Source: Desulfatiglandales bacterium
GTDB lineage: Bacteria > Desulfobacterota > DSM-4660 > Desulfatiglandales > Desulfatiglandaceae
Reading direction: 5' to 3'
Assembly (NCBI GenBank): GCA_963662465.1
Contig: OY759599.1
Location: 1,728,001-1,792,000, forward strand
DNA length: 64,000 nucleotides
In this document: piece after piece, positions 30,467-40,320 of the stretch
How the letters are laid out: each line of letters starts with the position of its first letter
How positions within the stretch are numbered: position 1 is the stretch's first letter
Program-made: the position numbers and the translations under genes
Notes under the pieces: model-generated
The model's database searches: none
What the model saw: the letters and a program-made list of their open reading frames with translations, nothing else
What the model was told of the DNA's origin: nothing

Positions 30467-30616
30467 TACGAGTCGTTTATCAAAGAAATCCCGGCTATGT
30501 TGCCCTTGGGCGCTGAAAAACGAACGTGGGTAACAGGCCGGCGAAACTCAAAAAGATCATGAAATATTGTAGCGCATCGCTGTGGTACTGTTCATATTAT
30601 GGTTTCCGGGGAAGAC

Positions 30617-30690
30617 GTCAAAGCAGGTTTGGAAAAAGCCTGGGCTGAAGTCAAGACCGCCTATCAGGATGTGGCCTCAAAGTTCAAATA
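30617..30690 (+). pseudogene. 3' remnant of a Sll1863-like gene
   Basis: GTCAAAGCAGG...AAGTTCAAATAA matches 5391-5465 and 3545-3619. The downstream spacer also matches 3620-3670. Confidence 0.8.
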
Positions 30691-30791
30691 AAGCAGGGAT
30701 TCTGTATGTATGGGCTTTTCGGTAGGCTGTTTTCTGTTCAAGCGAAGGGGTATGCGTTGGCCACATCAGTGTTCACAAAAGGAGGAATATC

Positions 30792-30971
30792 ATGAAATCA
30801 AGCACAAAGGACGAGGCAGAAGGCAAGTTGCACCAAGTGAAGGGTAAGATCAAGGAGATCGCCGGGAAAGTCATCCTGAATCCTGACTTGGAGGCCGAAG
30901 GCAAAAAGGAAAATAAAACCGGCAAAGTTCAAGAAAAAATCGGTGAGATCAAGAAGGTCGGTGGTAAGTAA
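30792..30971 (+). CDS. csbD: CsbD-family general stress protein (59 aa)
   Basis: RBS AGGAGG. MKSSTKDEAEGKLHQVKGKIKEIAGKVILNPDLEAEGKKENKTGKVQEKIGEIKKVGGK*. Absent from the ORF track. Confidence 0.88.
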   Translation: MKSSTKDEAEGKLHQVKGKIKEIAGKVILNPDLEAEGKKENKTGKVQEKIGEIKKVGGK

Positions 30972-31021
30972 ACAAAGGCTTCCATAAAAAGGCTTTTGCA
31001 GGCGTTAGAGAGGAGACTGAA

Positions 31022-31171
31022 ATGCTTTGGACCATATTTGTAATTCTTTTGATTCTGTGGGTGCTGGGTTTGTTGACAAGCTACACGATGGGTGGCGCCA
31101 TCCATATCCTGCTGGTCATTGCCATCATCGTGGTGCTGATCCAGGTGATTCAAGGACGAAGACGAGGGTAA
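31022..31171 (+). CDS. lmo0937-family small membrane protein (49 aa)
   Basis: RBS GAGGAG. MLWTIFVILLILWVLGLLTSYTMGGAIHILLVIAIIVVLIQVIQGRRRG*. Confidence 0.88.
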   Translation: MLWTIFVILLILWVLGLLTSYTMGGAIHILLVIAIIVVLIQVIQGRRRG

Positions 31172-31202
31172 CCATCTAAAGCGGCAAAGCCGCAGTTTTA
31201 AG

Positions 31203-33130
31203 GGGCGACCTGCAGCCCCAGTTTTCTAAGTGACAGTGATAGTCTGTCTATGCTGTACCGCAAAATGGCATAAGGTCAACATTAGGATTATCTCTCCGGA
31301 GGCAAAGTTTCCGTCGTGCCCATCGAACGGGAACGCCGGAGGTAAGTGACTCACTACGCCGTAAGGCGGGTGGGAGAAGGGCTTGAGACCGATGCTCAGA
31401 TCCGATTTCAGATGCCTAAGCGACGGCCGGCATTTGATTAGACCGAGGTGGCGTGGCCGTGGGACGAGGGTACCTTAAAGCCTGTAGTCCGGCCCGTTGG
31501 GGGAAAAGACGGGATCAAAGTCGAGGCATATTGCGGATAGCCTTGCTGGAAACGGTTATAAGTGATTAGGTTTGGAGAGGAGCAGAATAGAGAACTGGGG
31601 TGACCGGGTGAGATCTTGTGGAAGTCTCGCAGAATGCGAGTAGGGAACTGGGAACCTGATGCGACCATGAGAAGTCAGCGCCGTCATATTAGGCACATGG
31701 GGTCAACCTGTGCCGAAGGACGACACCGTGAAAGGTAGGTAAAGGGATATTGCGCGGGCAGGGGTACGTTCCAAGCGAAAACGGCCCGGAACTGGCAGAC
31801 AGTACCGCCGTGGTATACAGACCTATCTGGTGTAGGATGGTATCAATTGGCTAAGATTTTACACAGTGTCATAGACAAAGTTTACAACTGGGTCAACCTG
31901 GAAAAGGCATCGGCCAAGGTAATTGCCAACCGAGGCAGTGCCGGTGTTGACGGCATGGATGTGAAGGCATGGAGAGGCAAACTTAAGGAACACCTGAGCA
32001 CTTTACGGCACAGACTGATGAACGACACCTATCGGAGCAAGGCGGTCAAGCGGACTTACATTGACAAGCCTGGCAGCCGGAAGAAGCGCCCACTGGGTAT
32101 TCCGGTGGTAGTGGATCGCGTGTGTCAGCAAGCTGTGCATGCGCAGCTGAGCCCTGTGTTTGAAGAATACTTCCACCCAAACAGCTATGGTTTCCGTCCG
32201 GGGCGCAGTACACATACTGCTGCCGTCCAGGTTCAGGAGTTGAGAGGCAAAGGATATGGCTATGTGGTAGATCTTGACATCAGAGGTTTCTTTGACCATG
32301 TGGATCATGAAATCCTGATGAAGTTGGTCGGCAAGGTGGTGAAGGATCGACGGGTCCTGGGCCTGATACGCGGCTGGCTGACGGCTGGAGTAATGGAGGA
32401 GGGCAATATACGCTTTCAGGTCTCCGGCACACCGCAGGGTGGGGTAATCAGTCCTTTACTGAGTAACATTTACCTCACAGTGCTGGATAATGCGTTGGCG
32501 GCAAAAGGACATCCATTTGTCCGATATGCCGATGACGTGGTAATTTTCTGCCACGGGCGCGAGCAAGCAGACCAAATACTTGTCTATGTACGCCAGGTAC
32601 TCAGCGAGCTCAAGCTGGAGCTTAACGATGAAAAGACCTGCGTGCGGTCATTTTCCGAAGGATTTGATTTTCTTGGATTCCATTTCAATACGCGTGGGAT
32701 GAAGGTCGGGACCAAATCGCTCAAAGGCCTGTACCGTAAGGTGCGGGAGGTAACCCGACGGCAACAAGGTGATCTACCTGTGGAATTACTGATAGAAAGG
32801 CTCAATCCGATTTTGAGAGGGTGGGGCAACTATCACAAAAGAGGCCGCAATGTAGGACTGCTCACAAGGCTGGATAGATGGGTAAGAAAGCGCTTGCGTG
32901 CTTATATACACAAGCGTTGGCGTACCACTGAAGGGCATCCGTCTAACAACGAACTGGCCCAAAAGGGATTGGTGTCAATGCGAAGCATTATCCGGCCAAG
33001 GTGGCATGGTCAATTGCTGCTGTTTGAAGCTCCCCGGATGGGGTAATTCACGGGACCGCCGGATGCGGGAAAACTGCCTGTCCGGTGGTAACGGGGGCTT
33101 GGCTCTGGCGACAGAGTCATTCTACCCACT
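31203..33130 (+). mobile_element. Group II intron (ribozyme plus RT/maturase ORF)
   Basis: 5' GGGCGACC after hairpin GCGGC-AAA-GCCGC (31181-31193). Domain V ACCGCCGGATGCGGGAAAACTGCCTGTCCGGTGGT (33055-33089). Domain VI ending CTACCCACT. Boundaries inferred to about +/-1 nt. Confidence 0.85.
31847..33046 (+). CDS. ltrA: Group II intron reverse transcriptase/maturase, no endonuclease domain
   Basis: AGVDG, RPLGIP, SYGFRPGRS, DLDIRGFFD, GTPQGGVISPLLSNIYL, RYADD, FDFLGF, LNPILRGWGNY. Confidence 0.95.
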   Translation: MAKILHSVIDKVYNWVNLEKASAKVIANRGSAGVDGMDVKAWRGKLKEHLSTLRHRLMNDTYRSKAVKRTYIDKPGSRKKRPLGIPVVVDRVCQQAVHAQLSPVFEEYFHPNSYGFRPGRSTHTAAVQVQELRGKGYGYVVDLDIRGFFDHVDHEILMKLVGKVVKDRRVLGLIRGWLTAGVMEEGNIRFQVSGTPQGGVISPLLSNIYLTVLDNALAAKGHPFVRYADDVVIFCHGREQADQILVYVRQVLSELKLELNDEKTCVRSFSEGFDFLGFHFNTRGMKVGTKSLKGLYRKVREVTRRQQGDLPVELLIERLNPILRGWGNYHKRGRNVGLLTRLDRWVRKRLRAYIHKRWRTTEGHPSNNELAQKGLVSMRSIIRPRWHGQLLLFEAPRMG

Positions 33131-33218
33131 TTTTAGGTTTTGTTCTTTCACCGGAGGATATCGATCGAGAAATTGTACGAATTTCGCACGCTCAGGAAAT
33201 GGAAATGGAATCTGACCC

Positions 33219-34341
33219 ATGAATAAACTCAAGCAAATTTGGAGCCATCTGCGGTCAAGCTTTTGGTTTGTGCCTTCGCTGATTGTTGCCGTCAGCATCG
33301 CCCTCGCCGTGGCTTTGATTGGAGCTGATTTCACAGAGAGCGAACAATGGCTGGCTCGTTGGCCGCGCCTGTTTGGCGTCGGCGCGGATGGCGCACGCGG
33401 GACGTTGTCCACGATTGCCGGATCGATGATGACCGTGGTGGGGGTCACGTTTTCGATGGTTTTGATGACGCTGGCGCTGGCCTCAAGCCAATACACCTCG
33501 CGCATCCTTCGGAACTTCATGCGTGACCGTGTCACGCAGGTTGTGCTCGGAATCTTCGCTGGTATTTTCACCTATTGCCTGATCGTGTTGCGGACCGGTT
33601 GACAGCGATGAGGACCCGGCAGTACTCACTCTGCCGGCGCAACACTGGCATGCCGTCCCGGCCAGGAGGAATGGTTACATCCAAGGCATGGATAATGCGG
33701 CGCTCCTGCGTTTGGCTCGGGAGTACAACACCATTGTGCGGATGGAACGGGGCATCGGCGATTTTGTGGTCTATGACGCCACGCTGGCTTCGCTCGCTTT
33801 GGAGCTCCCGCCGGGACAAGAGCTCATCACCGCTCTGCGGGAGTCCTACCGCATCGACCGGTATCGCACGGTGGAACAGGATCTCGCTTTCGGCGTCAGA
33901 CAGATCGTGGACATAGCGTTACGGGCGCTATCCCCCGGCATCAACGACACCACGACGGCCGTGATATGTGTGGATTATCTGACGGCGATTCTGGCACGGC
34001 TGGCCTCCCGGTCAATCCCTTCATCGCACCGCTATGAGGACCGGGAATTGAGGGTGATCGCCATCGGACCCACCTTTTCAAGCCTCGTGGCCGAAGCGTT
34101 CGATCAAATTTGCCGCAATGCCGGCGGCAATGTCGCCATCATGTTACGGATGCTTGGCGCGATCCAAACCATCGCCGGTCTGACGGCCGGCCCGAGCCGA
34201 CTGCGGGCGCTCCGTGAACAAGTGCAATGGATCGCTGAATTGGCCGAACGTACCACCGAGTCCCCGCACGACCGGGCACGGCTTGAGAGCCGGCTGGCGC
34301 GTGTGCGCGAAGCACTCGAAACAGAGCCGTTAGGCAGATAG
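33219..34341 (+). pseudogene. DUF2254-family membrane protein, disrupted near 33600
   Basis: SFWFVP, LALASSQYTSRILRNFMRD in the first ORF. GYIQ, RTVEQDLAFG, DIALRALSPGINDTTTA in a second frame. The junction looks like an internal deletion with frameshift. Confidence 0.8.
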
Positions 34342-34375
34342 GGGTTTCTCTACGTTGAAATCAGGAGACATAATT

Positions 34376-34849
34376 ATGCGCAAACGAATCATCATCCCAG
34401 TTCAGCAAGAAACGGCATCACCAGACCTGGCCTGGTTGAATCTGGAAAAACTCGCGGAGGTGGAAATCACCTCGGAGGACGCTGATCATCCAATTGAGTC
34501 CGCGTTGCTTCCCGTTCGAGCCTCGGGGTGGCGTGCCGCAGGGCCTGGAAAGCAGACGATCCGGCTTCTGTTCGACGACCCGCAACGGCTTCAGCGGATA
34601 TGGCTGAACTTCGTGGAGACCCGCACTGAGCGCACGCAAGAATACGTCTTGCGTTGGTCGCCGGATGGTGGGCAGTCGTTCCGAGAAATCGTGCGGCAGC
34701 AGTGGAACTTCAGTCCCCAAGGCGCAACCAGCGAGACGGAAGACCTTCACGTCGAACTCCCGGCGGTCACTGTGCTCGAGTTGAGTATCATTCCGGACAT
34801 AAGTGGGGAAAATGCGTTCGCTTCTTTAGCGCAGTTGAGGCTTGCCTAA
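34376..34849 (+). CDS. Conserved beta-rich protein (putative carbohydrate-binding/galactose-binding-like fold)
   Basis: RBS AGGAG. VEITSED..PIESAL..GWRAA.PG.QTIRLLFD..ERTQEYVLRWS..EIVRQQWNFSP. Start placed at ATG 34376. Confidence 0.75.
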   Translation: MRKRIIIPVQQETASPDLAWLNLEKLAEVEITSEDADHPIESALLPVRASGWRAAGPGKQTIRLLFDDPQRLQRIWLNFVETRTERTQEYVLRWSPDGGQSFREIVRQQWNFSPQGATSETEDLHVELPAVTVLELSIIPDISGENAFASLAQLRLA

Positions 34850-34931
34850 GCGTATCCGGCGGATAGCCAAAAGCGCCACGCCTTTTGCTATCGGAAAAGT
34901 CCCACCACTTTTTGCCGCCGCTGATGCAAGT
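34844..34931 (+). other. Degenerate attC-like site, right end replaced by the promoter cassette
   Basis: GCCTAA(G) overlaps the stop codon and is complementary to GTTAGGC (34329-34335) upstream of the gene. Stem ATCCGGCGG..AAAAG / CTTTT..CCGCTGAT. Confidence 0.55.
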
Positions 34932-35125
34932 GGGGACCAAGGTCTCGGATTAAACGTCCCCGCTACCCTCAAAGACTCCCTCAGCATATTGAGGTTCCAC
35001 CACATATTGAGGGCAAATCAGCCATTCCATACGCTGCCGCTATACGCTCCTGTTGACGTAACGAACTGTTATTAGTTAAGTAATCCAAAATATTGCCGAT
35101 TCGCGGTTGTTGGCAGGATGGTTGC
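34932..35125 (+). promoter_or_regulatory. Sigma54 promoter cassette (copy 7) with last 22 nt of bEBP gene
   Basis: GGGGACCAAGGTCTCGGATTAA at 34932-34953. Palindrome pair 34978-35013. TAACGAACTGTTA box. TGGCAGGATGGTTGC at 35111-35125. Confidence 0.85.
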
Positions 35126-35590
35126 ACTTCCCAGTTCCATTGACGGCTGAGAAAACAAGCATGCTTCCGCTTCCACCGATCGTGGACGGACAGTGGATCA
35201 GCAAGAGGAGAGATGAAGAACAAAACGACTCATTCGAACATCGGCCTCTCCCCGGCCTTGCCGAAGCGGAAAAGGAATCTGAACGATATGGCAAAACGAT
35301 GTGAAGACATGAATGAAGAGAGCAAGAACGGCAGTTCGAAAGATGAAGTTATGAGATGGGCCGGTATTGGGCCGGAGCTTGTTGCGTTCGTGTTGGAGTT
35401 TATCGAAAAGCCCGAGATCCTCTTTTCGATGTCTTCTGAAAGACGCAACGAAATTGAAAACCAGATGGACGCAATTCTATCTTCGTTAATTCCAACCTGG
35501 GATAGATGATATGTCGAACCAGTATGGGAGCAATATAGACGAAAAGCCAAAAACACATGAAAGGTGACTTTGCCCATGGATAGAATCACT

Positions 35591-36728
35591 ATGGATATAT
35601 TGAAACAAGCGTTTCTGGACCGCCATTCCGGCTGGTGTGTCTCGCTGTTCATGCCGACGCACCGGGCGGGTTGGGGTATGGAACAGGGTCCGATTCGTTT
35701 CAAGAACCTGCTTCGGGAGGCGGAAGAACGCCTCACTGCAAAAGGTTTGCGCGCTCCGGAGGTTCAGGAGTTGCTCAAAGAGGCCCAGCGGTTGTTGCAG
35801 GATCGGGGTTTCTGGCGGCGGCAGAGCGACGGCCTGGCCGTATTTTTTTCCGCAGACACATTACACTTTTTCAGACTGCCGATGGTCTTCAAGGAACTGG
35901 CGGTGGTTTCCCATCGTTTTCATGTCAAACCACTGCTTCCGATTTTAGCCGGCGACGGCCCTTTTCACATCCTGGCCCTCAGTCAGAACCAGATTCGGCT
36001 GCTGGAAGGCACAACGGCATACGGTGGACGAAATCGCGCTGGATGCTACAGCCCAAAGCCTCTCCGAAGCCTTTCCGGAGGTATCCACAGAGAAGCAATT
36101 GCAGTTTCATACGGGCACGCCATCGGGAACAGGAAGCCGCGCGGCAATGTTCCATGGGCATGAGGGCAGCAACGAAGACAAAAACATGATACTCCAGTGG
36201 TTTCGCATGATCGACAGGCAGGTGCGCGATTTGCTTCCAGACGGACAATCACCACTGGTCCTGGCTGGGGTCGACTCGCTTTTTCCCATTTACCGGGAGG
36301 TGAACACCTATCCACATTTGATGGAAGGGGGGATTCCGGGAAATCCCGAGGGTTTGAAGCCCGAGGAACTCCATGGTCAGGCATGGGCGCGGGTGGAGTC
36401 CGTATTCAAAAAAGCGCGGGAGGCGTCGGCAGCCCGCTACCGTCAACTGGCTGGCACTGGACGGACTACCAGTGACGTCAAGGAAGCGGTTTTGGCCGCC
36501 CATCACGGGCGGATCGATGTGCTCTTTGTCGCCGTCGGCGTACAGATATGGGGAGGGTTTGATCCGGAAAAAGACAAGGTTTATATGCACGATCCCCCTG
36601 AACCCGGCGATGAGGACCTCCTCGATTTAACGGCAATCCAGACCCTCATCAATGGAGGCACGGTTTACGCCATTTTGCCGGAAGAAGTCCCTGATCACGC
36701 GCTTCTTGCAGCGCTGATGCGGTACTGA
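35591..36728 (+). pseudogene. Bacterial archaeo-eukaryotic release-factor-like (baeRF) protein, frameshifted near 36010-36025
   Basis: CVSLFMPTHRAG..IRFKNLL..DGLAVF..FHVKPLLP..LALSQNQIRLLEG in one frame. LQFH..PLVLAGV..GNPE..GRIDVLFV..DLLDLTAIQTLINGGTVY..ALMRY in another. Confidence 0.75.
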
Positions 36729-36809
36729 ACAAGACAGATGCAATGTATGGTCTAACAGGATGTGTTGCAGGTGTTAACTCCTTTTACCTGAAAAGATGTC
36801 AAAGGTTGT

Positions 36810-36945
36810 GGTTATATTTGACCGTTTATCATATTTGACCAGCATTTCGGTTCCTCCACCAACCTTTCGATTTTGAATATTATCGGATAAATCAATGTGT
36901 TGCATCAAATAGAAGTTCGCTCATCCAGCTTGGCATAAAACTTGA
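36810..36945 (+). promoter_or_regulatory. Second-type sigma54 promoter: tandem GGTCA-N4-TGACC-like sites, IHF site, -24/-12
   Basis: GGTTATATTTGACC at 36810-36823 and TATCATATTTGACC at 36827-36840. AATCAATGTGTTG at 36890-36902 matches WATCAANNNNTTR. TGGCATAAAACTTGA at 36931-36945 (GA at -12). Confidence 0.65.
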
Positions 36946-37174
36946 ATATATCATAATGGACATTGATGTTTTAGACGGCGGAAAGGTCGGAGAGATTTCT
37001 GAATTTGGGAGTATGCTGCGATCATCAGCTCATGAAAGGAGTATGAATAGCGAGATTCATAAATTGAAAGAAAAGATGTAAGCGTTGGCAAAAGGACATA
37101 TAGGCAGGTCCTGAACAGAATGGCCCTTTCTTGAAAGATAAGGGTGAGGTGCTTACGAATAAGGAGTAATTGCT

Positions 37175-37915
37175 ATGAAAAAGAGAAATATCGTTATCCG
37201 CTTTTTACTTTTTGGAACAATAGTTTGGTCATTGGTACTTTTATCTCATACTCCAACGATGGCAGTGGATGTGAGTGTGAATGTAGGCGTGAATATTCCT
37301 CTGCCTCCCGCTATCGTATTTTCGGCGCCTCCACAGTTGGTAGTGATGCCTGAGACATATGTATATGTGGACCCTGACGTAGATGTGGATATCTTCTTCT
37401 ACGGTGGTTGGTGGTGGCGTCCGTGGGAAGGGCGCTGGTATCGATCGCGGAATTATAATTCAGGTTGGGGTCACTATAAAAACGTTCCATCCTTTTATAG
37501 AGAAGTACCATCACGTTGGAGGGATGACTATCGGGGGCATAAATGGAAAGGACATAAATGGGACCACAAACGAATACCTCACAATCAAGTTCAACGGAAC
37601 TGGAACAAATGGGAAAAGGACAAACATTGGGAGAAACAAAACACTTGGGGTGTCAGAGATTTGAAGCCCCAAAAGAACTCCCGAGGACAACATAATGAGG
37701 GCCAAAAACAACACCAACCGCAATCCCCAGAGGCGGCCAAGCCACAACACCAACCACAACACCAGCCACAACAGTCTCAGTCTCGACATGAAAAATCTGA
37801 TAGGAATAATCAGAGGAATAATCAGAGGGAAGATGTAAGGGATAATAAAAAGGATAATAAAAAGGATAATGGAAGGGATGATAAAAAAGATCATGGAAAG
37901 GGAAATGGAAAGTAG
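37175..37915 (+). CDS. Secreted hypothetical protein with Trp/aromatic-rich core and low-complexity charged tail
   Basis: RBS AAGGAG and signal peptide. VDIFFYGGWWWRPWEGRWY core. 12-bp tandem repeats at ~37740-37890. Confidence 0.8.
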   Translation: MKKRNIVIRFLLFGTIVWSLVLLSHTPTMAVDVSVNVGVNIPLPPAIVFSAPPQLVVMPETYVYVDPDVDVDIFFYGGWWWRPWEGRWYRSRNYNSGWGHYKNVPSFYREVPSRWRDDYRGHKWKGHKWDHKRIPHNQVQRNWNKWEKDKHWEKQNTWGVRDLKPQKNSRGQHNEGQKQHQPQSPEAAKPQHQPQHQPQQSQSRHEKSDRNNQRNNQREDVRDNKKDNKKDNGRDDKKDHGKGNGK

Positions 37916-37940
37916 GATGACAAAAGATTATCCCACATGC

Positions 37941-38001
37941 CCTGGTGGTCATTGCCATCATCGTGGTGCTGATCCAGGTTATTCAAGGACGACGAGTGTA
38001 A
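37941..38001 (+). pseudogene. 3' remnant of an lmo0937-family gene
   Basis: Near-identical to ~31108-31171. Confidence 0.8.
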
Positions 38002-38037
38002 CCATTTGAAACATTTCTAGATAGAGGAGTAACGGCT

Positions 38038-38166
38038 ATGAAAAAGAGCACTATTCAACTGAGCGGATTCGTTAACTCTCAAAAGGCCGTCGATAAAGCG
38101 ATTGAAATCGCACGGAGCGTAAAAGGGGTCACCTCCGTAAAGAGCGATCTGATCGTGAAAGAATAG
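38038..38166 (+). pseudogene. Internally deleted BON-domain gene (42 aa)
   Basis: MKKSTIQLSGFVNSQKAVDKAIEIARSVKGVTSVKSDLIVKE*. RBS and start resemble those of 37175. Confidence 0.75.
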
Positions 38167-38256
38167 GGTGCGGAAAAAAAGAGGAAAGGTGTGCCTCGCG
38201 CGAAATTAGACGTAAGTCGACAAAAGTATCTTGAAAGTATTTGAGAGGTGGGGAAG

Positions 38257-38412
38257 GTGGTTTTAACCATATTTGTGATTGCTTTAATTCTGTTGGGGTT
38301 GGGCATATTTACAGGGTACACGATGGGTGGTGTGATTCACGACATAAAGGAAAAAAAAGCCCTCAAAGTTCAAGTTGAAATCGGCGAGATCAAGAATGGC
38401 GTTGGTAAGTAA
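38257..38412 (+). pseudogene. Chimera of lmo0937-like 5' part and CsbD 3' end
   Basis: LTIFVIALILLGLGIFTGYTMGGVIH, then AAATCGGCGAGATCAAGAATGGCGTTGGTAAGTAA (cf. 30937-30971). Confidence 0.7.
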
Positions 38413-38457
38413 ATATAGATTCGTACACTATACTTCAATTACAACCGAAAGGAGGAA

Positions 38458-38682
38458 ATGATGGAAAAATGCACTTATGGGCCTGGAAGCCTTGTGAAAG
38501 GTTGGAAAATAGGGATTATGGTATTGGTGATGGCTTTTTCATTCGGGTTGGCTTCATGTGAAAAGGAAGGGCCGGCGGAAAAGGCCGGCAAAAAAATGGA
38601 TAACGCCATGGAAAAAATGGGAGACCAACTGGAAAAGGCGGGGGATAAAGTGAAACAGGCGACCGACAAGGTGAACCAATAG
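38458..38682 (+). CDS. Small lipoprotein (CEKEGPAEKAGKK type)
   Basis: RBS AGGAGG. Hydrophobic stretch, lipobox LASC, Lys/Asp/Glu-rich helix. Confidence 0.8.
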   Translation: MMEKCTYGPGSLVKGWKIGIMVLVMAFSFGLASCEKEGPAEKAGKKMDNAMEKMGDQLEKAGDKVKQATDKVNQ

Positions 38683-38881
38683 CGTTTGACATGAAGATGC
38701 TTCTTTATTTGCAGGAGTGTGGACGTGCATCAACCAAAGAACCCAAGGAAAATAAAACCTCCCAACACGGGACTTATTACCGAAAATGTCACCAACTGGA
38801 GGCTCGCGGAACGTCAGTCGCAATTGAAAATTTCTGTCGGCCAGAGGCGGCGATGAAACAGGAGAAAAGAACAACCGTCCT

Positions 38882-40057
38882 ATGACCCCCATTGTTTCAA
38901 ACAATCAGATCACCCTGTTGCAGCACGGTGAAGCTTATTTCCCGGCGATCGAAACGGCGCTGGACCGGGCGATTCATGAAATTTATCTGGAAAGCTATAT
39001 TTTCGAAAATGACAATACCGGACGACGCATTGCCGAAGCGCTCAGGCAGGCGGCCCTTCGTGGGGTAAAGACTCATGTCCTGATCGATGGATTCGGTTCG
39101 ATTAATCTGCCGAAAACCATGGTTGATCATCTTAAGGGGGCCGGCGTAATGGTGCTCAAGTTCCGGCCCAAGACATCGCCCTGGACGTTTCAGCGGCAGA
39201 GATTGCGCCGTTTGCACCGGAAAATAGTAGTCGTGGACCAGACGATTGCATTTGTCGGAGGCATTAACATTATTGACGACGTGGATATGCCGGATGAAAC
39301 ATCTCCTCGTTATGATTACGCCGTAGGTGTGGAAGGACCCCTGGTGAAAGAAATTTATGCATCCGCACGCCGGGTATGGAGGCGAGTGGCATGGACCCGT
39401 TTACGTTCCGGGTGGGGCCGGGAAAGCCACAGATATGCTTTTACAACCGAATCCGGGGGCCGTATGGGTGCAGCTTTTCTGGTACGGGACAATATCCGCC
39501 ATCGCCGCGATATTGAAGAGGCCTATCTACAGGCAATTGGAAAGGCTCAATTCGAAATTATTCTTGCAAATGCCTACTTTCTCCCCGGACTGAATTTTCG
39601 TCATGCCCTTCTCAATGCAGCCGGGCGCGGTGTCCGCGTGATATTGCTGTTACAGGGAAGGGTGGAATATCGACTGCTGCATTATGCCTCGCATGCCCTA
39701 TACGGCAGCTTTTTAGATGCGGGGATTGAGATCCACGAATATCACAAGAGCCTCATGCACGCCAAAGTTGCCGTGATTGATGAACATTGGGCTACGGTGG
39801 GATCATCAAATCTCGACCCCCTCAGCCTGCTTCTTGCTCTTGAGGCAAATGTCGTTGTGGAGGATGAAGGCTTTGCCAAAGTATTGAAGGTAAGCCTGGC
39901 GCTGGCGATCAAGACAGGGGCCCGACGCATATTTAAAGGTAACTTGAGAACGCAGAACTTCCGCATGCGATTAGCGAGCTGGCTGAGTTACGGTCTGGTG
40001 CGATTCATGACCGGAATGACGGGGTATGCCCCCGGGAAACAATCCGGCCGGGCATAA
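38882..40057 (+). CDS. clsB: Cardiolipin synthase B
   Basis: Two HKD motifs (LHRKIVVVD, MHAKVAVID), GEAYFPAI, ANAYFLPG, VGSSNLDPLSL. No N-terminal TM segments. Confidence 0.88.
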   Translation: MTPIVSNNQITLLQHGEAYFPAIETALDRAIHEIYLESYIFENDNTGRRIAEALRQAALRGVKTHVLIDGFGSINLPKTMVDHLKGAGVMVLKFRPKTSPWTFQRQRLRRLHRKIVVVDQTIAFVGGINIIDDVDMPDETSPRYDYAVGVEGPLVKEIYASARRVWRRVAWTRLRSGWGRESHRYAFTTESGGRMGAAFLVRDNIRHRRDIEEAYLQAIGKAQFEIILANAYFLPGLNFRHALLNAAGRGVRVILLLQGRVEYRLLHYASHALYGSFLDAGIEIHEYHKSLMHAKVAVIDEHWATVGSSNLDPLSLLLALEANVVVEDEGFAKVLKVSLALAIKTGARRIFKGNLRTQNFRMRLASWLSYGLVRFMTGMTGYAPGKQSGRA

Positions 40058-40320
40058 CCAGCGAACCTTAACCGTCGTTGTTGGGGGCGAGAAATGATCC
40101 CTCCGCTCATGGCATCCGGCAAGATCAACGTTCCCCTTTACGGGTCGGAAGGATTCCGCCGAAGGGACCCTTTCCGTATCCGATGCCTTACGGGTTTTTT
40201 TCCATTCGAACGCTGGTTGCCGCCAAGCAAACTGATTTGAACAAACAGATTATCACCCGCATCGTGCGGGATTACAAAAGCAAATCTCTTGCAACCGATT
40301 TTATCCTATAAAGAAACCCC

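Noticed and set aside
31847..33046. RT as a retron, DGR or defence RT
   Set aside because: It has group II RT0-7 and maturase motifs and is followed directly by domains V and VI. No template/variable repeat pair with A-specific mismatches was seen.
35213..35509. 98-aa ORF after cassette copy 7
   Set aside because: No recognisable motif, and it includes a fragment shared with ~1103-1130. I cannot distinguish it from remnant DNA.
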